The translations under genes were made by a program, and so were the position numbers. A stretch of 64,000 bases of DNA, taken from assembly GCA_902386385.1 (NCBI GenBank), contig CABMIU010000013.1, positions 1,667-65,666 of the forward strand, given 5' to 3'. The notes beneath the pieces are model-generated. The model saw only the letters and a list, made by a program, of their open reading frames with translations, ran no database searches and was not told where the DNA came from. This DNA is from an uncultured archaeon (GTDB lineage: Archaea > Iainarchaeota > Iainarchaeia > Iainarchaeales > Iainarchaeaceae). Below, in pieces: positions 58,321 to 64,000 of the stretch; position 1 is the stretch's first letter; the number at the start of each line of letters is the position of its first letter.

Positions 58321-59208
58321 ATGCTGGAATTTATTTTCTGGAAGGAGCCGGGCATTAAAAGGCTGGCTGTTGCTTCGACTGCCCTGGCCCTGTTTTTTTC
58401 AATGTCGGGGATTTTGGCCGGAAGCGAACTTCTAATCGTGCTTTCAATCCCTGCATTCGCCGTGCCTTTTGCGCTCACCCATTTTTACGGCCTTTACCTC
58501 TCGCAGAGGAGAAAAATGGAAATCGGTTCCTCGGTTCCAGAAGCGCTGCTGCTCGCATCCTCTATGGCCCAGGGAACAAGCCCTGAAAATGCCGCGGATT
58601 TCATAGCATGCAACTCAGGAGGCCCGGTTTCAGCGGAGTTCGCAAAAGCGAGGGATGAAATGCTGGCCGGAATGCCGCCCGAAGAGGCCTTTTCAAGGAT
58701 GGCTGAAAGGAGCGGCTCGGGGCAGATGAAACGTGCGGCAGGACTGATGATTTCTGGCATCGAATCCGGGGCTGAAATGTCTGCTGCTTTCAGGGAAGCG
58801 GCGGAGGACATCGCGGAAACAAATGCCATAAGCATGGAGCGCGCGGCCGCGACAGCGATGCAGAAGTACACCGTGCTCCTCGGCGGCGCAATCCTTGTGC
58901 CTTTCATTCTCGGAAAGCTTGCTTCGCTCACCGGGAATTTTTCTGCGGCAGGGCTTGGGGTGGACGGCGCCAAAGGTGCGTTTGGGGACATTGGACTTGG
59001 AATGATTGGGAATGCTTCCGAAGCCGCGAGGCGCGGCCTCATGGAAGCAGCGGGCATCGGAAATATAATTTACATTGCGGAGTTCGCGGTGATTGCTTCT
59101 GTTTTCGCCGCGATGCAGGAGGGGATTCCGCGCAAGGCGGTCGTGTACGCGGTTGCCCTGCTGCCAATCGGCCTCGGAGTTTACTTTGCAGCGAAAGGCG
59201 GGGTATAG
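58321..59208 (+). CDS. TadC/FlaJ-like type II secretion system F-domain membrane protein
   Basis: VPEALLLASS, GPVSAEF, G...EEAF, SGAEMS, MQKYTVLLGGAILVP. Confidence 0.85.
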   Translation: MLEFIFWKEPGIKRLAVASTALALFFSMSGILAGSELLIVLSIPAFAVPFALTHFYGLYLSQRRKMEIGSSVPEALLLASSMAQGTSPENAADFIACNSGGPVSAEFAKARDEMLAGMPPEEAFSRMAERSGSGQMKRAAGLMISGIESGAEMSAAFREAAEDIAETNAISMERAAATAMQKYTVLLGGAILVPFILGKLASLTGNFSAAGLGVDGAKGAFGDIGLGMIGNASEAARRGLMEAAGIGNIIYIAEFAVIASVFAAMQEGIPRKAVVYAVALLPIGLGVYFAAKGGV

Positions 59209-59348
59209 GTAAAAAGGCCTTCAGGGCGCTCCGCCGAGGAAAAACACTTTCTAAAAAGCCCATGAAGCCGATGAAGCCGGAAAAGTATTTAAACCACTTA
59301 CGGCCTTGAATAAGCATCGCATTGAAAATGGGTTTTTGAGGGGAAAAA

Positions 59349-60086
59349 ATGATTGCTGAAGTCAATTTTGTCGAATACGGAAAACAGGACCTGAAAGGCT
59401 ATACCCTGATTGAGGGCTATCCCGGAATGGGGCTAGTGGGCACAATAGCCGCAAAATACCTTGTAGAGAAGCTAAAGTTCGAGGAGATAGGATACATTGA
59501 TTCAAACATTTTCGCGCCGGTGATAAGGATTCACGCCGGAATGCCGGTAAGGCCAGCCAGGGTTTATGCTGACAAGGCCTCAAAGGTAGCGGTTCTGATT
59601 TCAGAGCAAGTGATTCCGAGGCACTTTTCGCACCTTGTTGCAAAGAAAACTGTCGAGTGGATTGAGTCAAAGGGCATAAAGGAGCTTGTTTCACTTTCAG
59701 GGGTGCAATCCTCCGGGGACAAGAGCCAGATGGTTTTCGGGATTGCCGCGAACGAGGCTTCGCGGGAGCTGCTGAAGAGATACTCCCTCAGGGAAATACC
59801 TGAAGGCATCACGACAGGCGTTACCGCGCTCATTCTCCTTGGATTGAGGAACTCGAAGGTAATGGCGATTTCAATGCTCGCAAATGTGCAATTGTCTGCG
59901 GATTACAAGGCTACTGCAGAGGTCCTGAAGAAGCTGAATGAAATGCTTGGCCTAAACCTCAATGTCGAGCCATTGCTCGAAGAGGCGAAGCAGATGGAGA
60001 AGCAATTGCTAGAGCAGCTGCAGAAGCTCAAGGACACGAAGGACAACGCCGAGAACTTCGAGCACAGGACGCCGCTGGTGACATGA
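59349..60086 (+). CDS. PAC2-family proteasome assembly chaperone
   Basis: IEGYPGMGLVGTIAA, P.RVY, GITTGVTA, ADYKATA, LNVEPLLEEA. Confidence 0.9.
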   Translation: MIAEVNFVEYGKQDLKGYTLIEGYPGMGLVGTIAAKYLVEKLKFEEIGYIDSNIFAPVIRIHAGMPVRPARVYADKASKVAVLISEQVIPRHFSHLVAKKTVEWIESKGIKELVSLSGVQSSGDKSQMVFGIAANEASRELLKRYSLREIPEGITTGVTALILLGLRNSKVMAISMLANVQLSADYKATAEVLKKLNEMLGLNLNVEPLLEEAKQMEKQLLEQLQKLKDTKDNAENFEHRTPLVT

Positions 60087-60211
60087 CAATTCATGAATCC
60101 TTGCATAACACCCCAAGGACAAATATGTCTTGACGTCATTAAGGGCGGGGCACTGGGCATTTGTGTCGTTGCGGCGTCAAGTTATTAAATTCAAATATTG
60201 TAGTTGTATGC

Positions 60212-61075
60212 ATGAACAGGGCTTGGCTCGCAGTGCCTATCCTCCTTGTCGCTGCGCTCGGAATAGCGGTTTTCCTCGGCCAGCCGAAGCAGAGCAGCGT
60301 TCAGCTCCCTGATTCGGGATATGTTGACGTTAACGGCGACCAGTACTCTGCCCAGGAATATATGCAAACCCCTGAAGACGCCCTCAGGTCTGCGGTGCAG
60401 GGCCTGCCCTCGGATTTCGTTTATCCGGTGAAAATCAGCGACTGCGATTCCTACGCTGACCGGTATGCAAGGGAAAGGTGCCTTGTCCTCTACACGCAGC
60501 GCAGCGGGGACCCTAAAGGCTGCGAACCCATACAGGGCATCGAATCAAAGGACGCGTGCTACTTCGATGCGGCGGTGGATTCGAAAAAGCCGGCCCTGTG
60601 CGAAAACATAACCTACGGGAAGCAGGAGTGCTACATGCAGGCTGCGATTGAGACAAAGGACGCAACAACATGCGCCAAGGCCGCGGCGAACATCAAGGGC
60701 TGCGAAAACGCGGTTGATGCAGGCGACGTGGCAAAGTGCCCCCTTGGCGACGACCAGCAGTTCTGCGGCGATGCAGTGCTCGCAAAGGACAAGTCATTGT
60801 GCCGGCAGATGAGGTCGTATGACGAGGCTTGCTACCTCCAGATTGCGGTTGACACGAACAATTCCTCGCTCTGCAACAGGACAGGCACTTCGCAGGACCA
60901 CTGCTTCTTCAAGGTCGCGAACAGCGTGAACAACCCCGCGATATGCGAATCCATAGGCGAAACTGCCGTGCGTGACAACTGCGTCGCCTGGGTGGCGTTC
61001 AACACCGGCAACACGCAGCTCTGCTACCAGGCGGGTTCGGAAGCGCAGAGCTGCCTCGATGACCTGAGCGGATAG
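60212..61075 (+). CDS. Membrane-anchored/secreted Cys-rich repeat protein
   Basis: N-terminal hydrophobic segment; 18 Cys in repeating units such as D.CY...A.....P.LC..I. Confidence 0.8.
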   Translation: MNRAWLAVPILLVAALGIAVFLGQPKQSSVQLPDSGYVDVNGDQYSAQEYMQTPEDALRSAVQGLPSDFVYPVKISDCDSYADRYARERCLVLYTQRSGDPKGCEPIQGIESKDACYFDAAVDSKKPALCENITYGKQECYMQAAIETKDATTCAKAAANIKGCENAVDAGDVAKCPLGDDQQFCGDAVLAKDKSLCRQMRSYDEACYLQIAVDTNNSSLCNRTGTSQDHCFFKVANSVNNPAICESIGETAVRDNCVAWVAFNTGNTQLCYQAGSEAQSCLDDLSG

Positions 61076-61196
61076 GGGAACGCATTTCCCTGACAGTGGA
61101 ACTTACTGGCAGCTCTAGGGTTTTGAATCAGGTTGGCTGGCAGCCTTGCGCAACCCCAGCCGAAGATTTTTATACTCCGCAGGCAATCATATTTGC

Positions 61197-61946
61197 ATGT
61201 CAGGACATGGCGGAGGCAGGGGACCGAGGACGACCTTTGGCAATATGTGGGGCGAATTCGCAAATGACTTCGGGCCGCAGAAGATGTTGCACGGCATATT
61301 GAGGGAGCATGGGCCGATAGGCCAGCCTCTAAGGCTTGCCGAGAAATGGATTAACCCTTTTGGCTTGGCAAACATTGCCCTCAACGCGAGGAAAAAGGCC
61401 AATTTGCTAAAGCAGTTTGCACGCCAGAACGAGGCGGCCCACAGAATTGGCCCTGACGCGAGGATTCTTGCGGCTGCGGCAGGAAGGCTTCCGGAGTCAA
61501 GGTTCTTCCATGCGTACGAGCACACGCCGCCCATACAAAGCATGTATGTTGCAGCCCGTTACCAGTCTGAAGCGGCAAACGCCCTAATCAGGAAATACAG
61601 GGCGGACGAAAAGAAAGCAAAGGCGGAAGGCAGGGAAATGCCGAAAACACGGCTTAGCGCCGAACACCTCGGCTTCCTGAAGCATTACGCCGAAGAAAGG
61701 GCGAATTTTATATCAGAATTCGCGGCGCTTGACGCGATGATGAAAAAAGCCGCAATGGAAGGGAACACAAAGCTAATGAAACAAGCATCATCCGAATACA
61801 AAGCGCTTGCTGAAAAGGCACGCGGATTCGCCGAATTCGAGCGAAAGCACAAAGCGTCGCTTTTGCAGCTCGAAAAGGAATGGGCCAAAATCGGGAACGA
61901 AGAGCTTGATGCATTGAAGTTTACTTCAGGAACGCCTAAAGTGTAG
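61197..61946 (+). CDS. Hypothetical Ala/Lys/Glu-rich helical protein
   Basis: About 250-aa ORF filling the gap, coiled-coil-like C-terminus; no recognisable motif. Confidence 0.6.
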   Translation: MSGHGGGRGPRTTFGNMWGEFANDFGPQKMLHGILREHGPIGQPLRLAEKWINPFGLANIALNARKKANLLKQFARQNEAAHRIGPDARILAAAAGRLPESRFFHAYEHTPPIQSMYVAARYQSEAANALIRKYRADEKKAKAEGREMPKTRLSAEHLGFLKHYAEERANFISEFAALDAMMKKAAMEGNTKLMKQASSEYKALAEKARGFAEFERKHKASLLQLEKEWAKIGNEELDALKFTSGTPKV

Positions 61947-61952
61947 CGTTGC

Positions 61953-64000
61953 CTATTTCGCAGTATTATTTCCTGGACCGCTTTTCGGGACCCATTTCCT
62001 TCTCTGCACGAATGCAAAGGACACCACGAGCATTGCCACGAACAATGCAACAGCAACCGGGTTCTCAGGCAGCGAGGGCAGGTTAAGGAGGTTGTTGTCG
62101 TCCTTGTTCCCGACATTGAGGTTAAGCACATTGCCCTGCGCGCTCGCGCTCGCATCCCCGCCCGGCCCTACCTTTGCGGCGAGGCCTTCCCTGAATGCCT
62201 CCGCGAGTGGCAGGAGGTTGGCGTTCTCCGCGAACCACAGGCCTTTCTCGGGGTCATAATAGAACGCGCCGTTCTTACCCTGCGCGGAAGTGAGGAGTTC
62301 CGGCTTGTTGCCATCGAGCTGAACAAATGGCGCACCATCCTTCTCCGAGAATTTTATCTCATGCTGCTTGCCATCCTCGGTCGTTATCTTCAGCCCTTCG
62401 GGTGTCGGAGTTATCGTGCCGACATAGTCCTCAACCTTCCCTGTTTCCTTGTCAACCACGCGCAGATGGTCCTTGCATTCCCCCGTAACCGGGTCTGGCT
62501 CGGATGAAATGACATAACGCTTTGTCGGGGTCTCGAACACCGAGAATGGGCCTTGGTGATTCAATGCTGTGTTGAATGTTTCCACTTTCTTTGCCTGGAA
62601 GTCGGAGGAAAGGTTGGGTATCACCGAAAAATTGAGGGCCGGGTCCGGGCAGCCGGTTTCGCTGTTCGGAGTCCTATCCATTGTCGTCTTGAGGCCGTTC
62701 ACGAGCTACTTCGGCAATATCCCGCCTTCGTGGTGCCTGAGCCAGACAAGGAAGCAGCCATCCGGCTTCACTACAATCACGCCGTTCGCGAACTGTATGC
62801 TCTCAAGCCTGCCTATCGAGTTCTGGCCGTCATTTGAGCTCGAGAGCTCTACACTCTTGTTCGCGAAAACAGTTATTGCCTGGTTCCTGCCAGTGGCGAT
62901 TTTCCTCGGGACACCTTCTGCGATAATGCGGTCGTCAAGCGCCTTCACGTTCGGGTGCGTTGATGTGACAACCGAATCCAGCTTCCCGAATGCGTCATTC
63001 AGCTTTGAGGATTCCAGTGGAAGGCCGGTCTGGGCCATTACTCCCTCGCGGATGCAGTTCAGCAGATTTGAGTTGAGCACTACGACATCGCCCTGGGCGC
63101 TGATTTCAATCGCCTTGTCGGAGCCGTTGTTCACTTCGAGGCATGCCTGCGAGACAAGGTGAGGGATTTCCACGGCGGGAACATTGAGGTTTGTGGATGC
63201 CAACCTGACATTGTCGGGCTTGTTTATTATTTCCTTTCCGTCCACGGTCACGATTCCCTTTCCGAAGTCGAGACCGACTTCAACGCCATTTACGCCTTTG
63301 AGGGTTTCCCCGCCCTGTGTGCGGTAGCCCGCTGCATTGATTTCACAGCCCTTGCCGCACCAGAAGTAAAACAGGTCTCTTGTGGAGAGCTGGCCTGAAC
63401 TCTGGCCCTCGAAATTCAGGGTTGCCTGCACAATGTCGTTGTTCTTCGAGTCATCGACAAACTTGTCGAGCTCCGTGCCAATCTTGTCCTTGGCTTCCTG
63501 CACAAAGCTCCCTGAATCCGCGTTGAACTGGTCAAAGAGCTTTTCCTTCGCGTCCTTCACGAGTTTCTGCACTTTCTCGGTCGATTTCTCCGAGGTGGTT
63601 GCCTGCTTGTCCTTTACTTCCTTTACCGGGACAAAGTAATGCACGTAGTAGCCTTCCTCCGTGTCAATGCAGTCATGGAGCTGCGGGGCGATTGAAAGCT
63701 GGATTGCCGCACTAGCGAATATTCCGGGCCAGAGGAAAACCGCATAGCTCACTGATTCGAATGCGGCGAGCGTTCCGCCAATCCTTCCGCCTTTTGTGAG
63801 CGCGGTGGGCAGGTTCTTGCCGATGTTTATGCCATAAAAATTAAGTTCCTGCACTGCCTGCGTGCAGGATTTCAGGCCGTTCTTGCCGTTTATTGCATCG
63901 ACCAAATCTATTTTGGTGCCTTCGTTGGTGCCGCTCTTTCCCTCGAGGTTCGTGCGTCCGGCGTATGCTATTATTGTCTGGCCCTTTTCCTTTGCAGTGT
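61953..64000 (-). CDS. Large surface protein with C-terminal TM anchor (5' beyond window), interrupted by in-frame TAG at 62706-62708
   Basis: Frame open from the window end; ...HHEGGILPK*LVNGLKTT... continues in the same frame to LPSLPE + TM + RRK tail. Confidence 0.7.

Noticed and set aside
59262-59279. Tandem ATGAAGCCG x2 upstream of PAC2, and GGCCACGCA x2 near 49398-49421
   Set aside because: Too short and only two copies; no evidence of function
15606-61955. Genome-wide reassignment of TAG to an amino acid
   Set aside because: Many genes (flippase, fcl, SDR ending 28852, GT2s ending 29710 and 35277, nucleotidyltransferase ending 36978, tadC) end in TAG at family-typical lengths, and the extensions I translated looked non-coding; only context-dependent read-through remains possible
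1-64000. CRISPR array, rRNA or intact transposase
   Set aside because: No regularly spaced repeats, rRNA-like segments or transposase motifs seen by eye

Overview
Archaeal DNA, most likely from a DPANN-type lineage such as Iainarchaeota/Diapherotrites. That placement is an inference from a BHB-intron tRNA, a PAC2 chaperone, geranylgeranyl reductase, TATA-like promoters and a Cys-repeat surface protein. Bases 1-48.3 kb form one very large surface-glycan/glycolipid locus of about 44 genes: GT2/GT4 and GT-C transferases, Dol-P-sugar synthases, flippases, GDP-Fuc, UDP-GlcA/Xyl and dTDP-sugar enzymes, a nonulosonic-acid module, 4 radical-SAM enzymes and 5 SAM methyltransferases. Embedded in it is an unusual MTA/SAH nucleosidase-adenine phosphoribosyltransferase fusion. 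After the locus come an FN3-like surface protein, GGR and a Na+/H+ antiporter-GNAT fusion. A small accessory island follows (vapBC and toxin remnants, HTH, DUF5678-like + retropepsin + HNH) abutting an intron-containing tRNA-Gln(CTG), whose leader carries a duplicated and an antisense copy of its own 5' end. The window ends with a DUF192/type IV pilus assembly operon, PAC2 and surface proteins. Two genes (tadB-like and the last large surface protein) are each split by a single in-frame TAG. Strongest novelty candidates: (i) a NeuB/KdsC/SpsF + radical-SAM + DegT module suggesting an amino-nonulosonate route, (ii) the MtnN-Apt SAM by-product recycling fusion, (iii) the tRNA-adjacent protease-HNH cassette and the tRNA leader structure. 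All family calls are from motif recognition; no database search was run.
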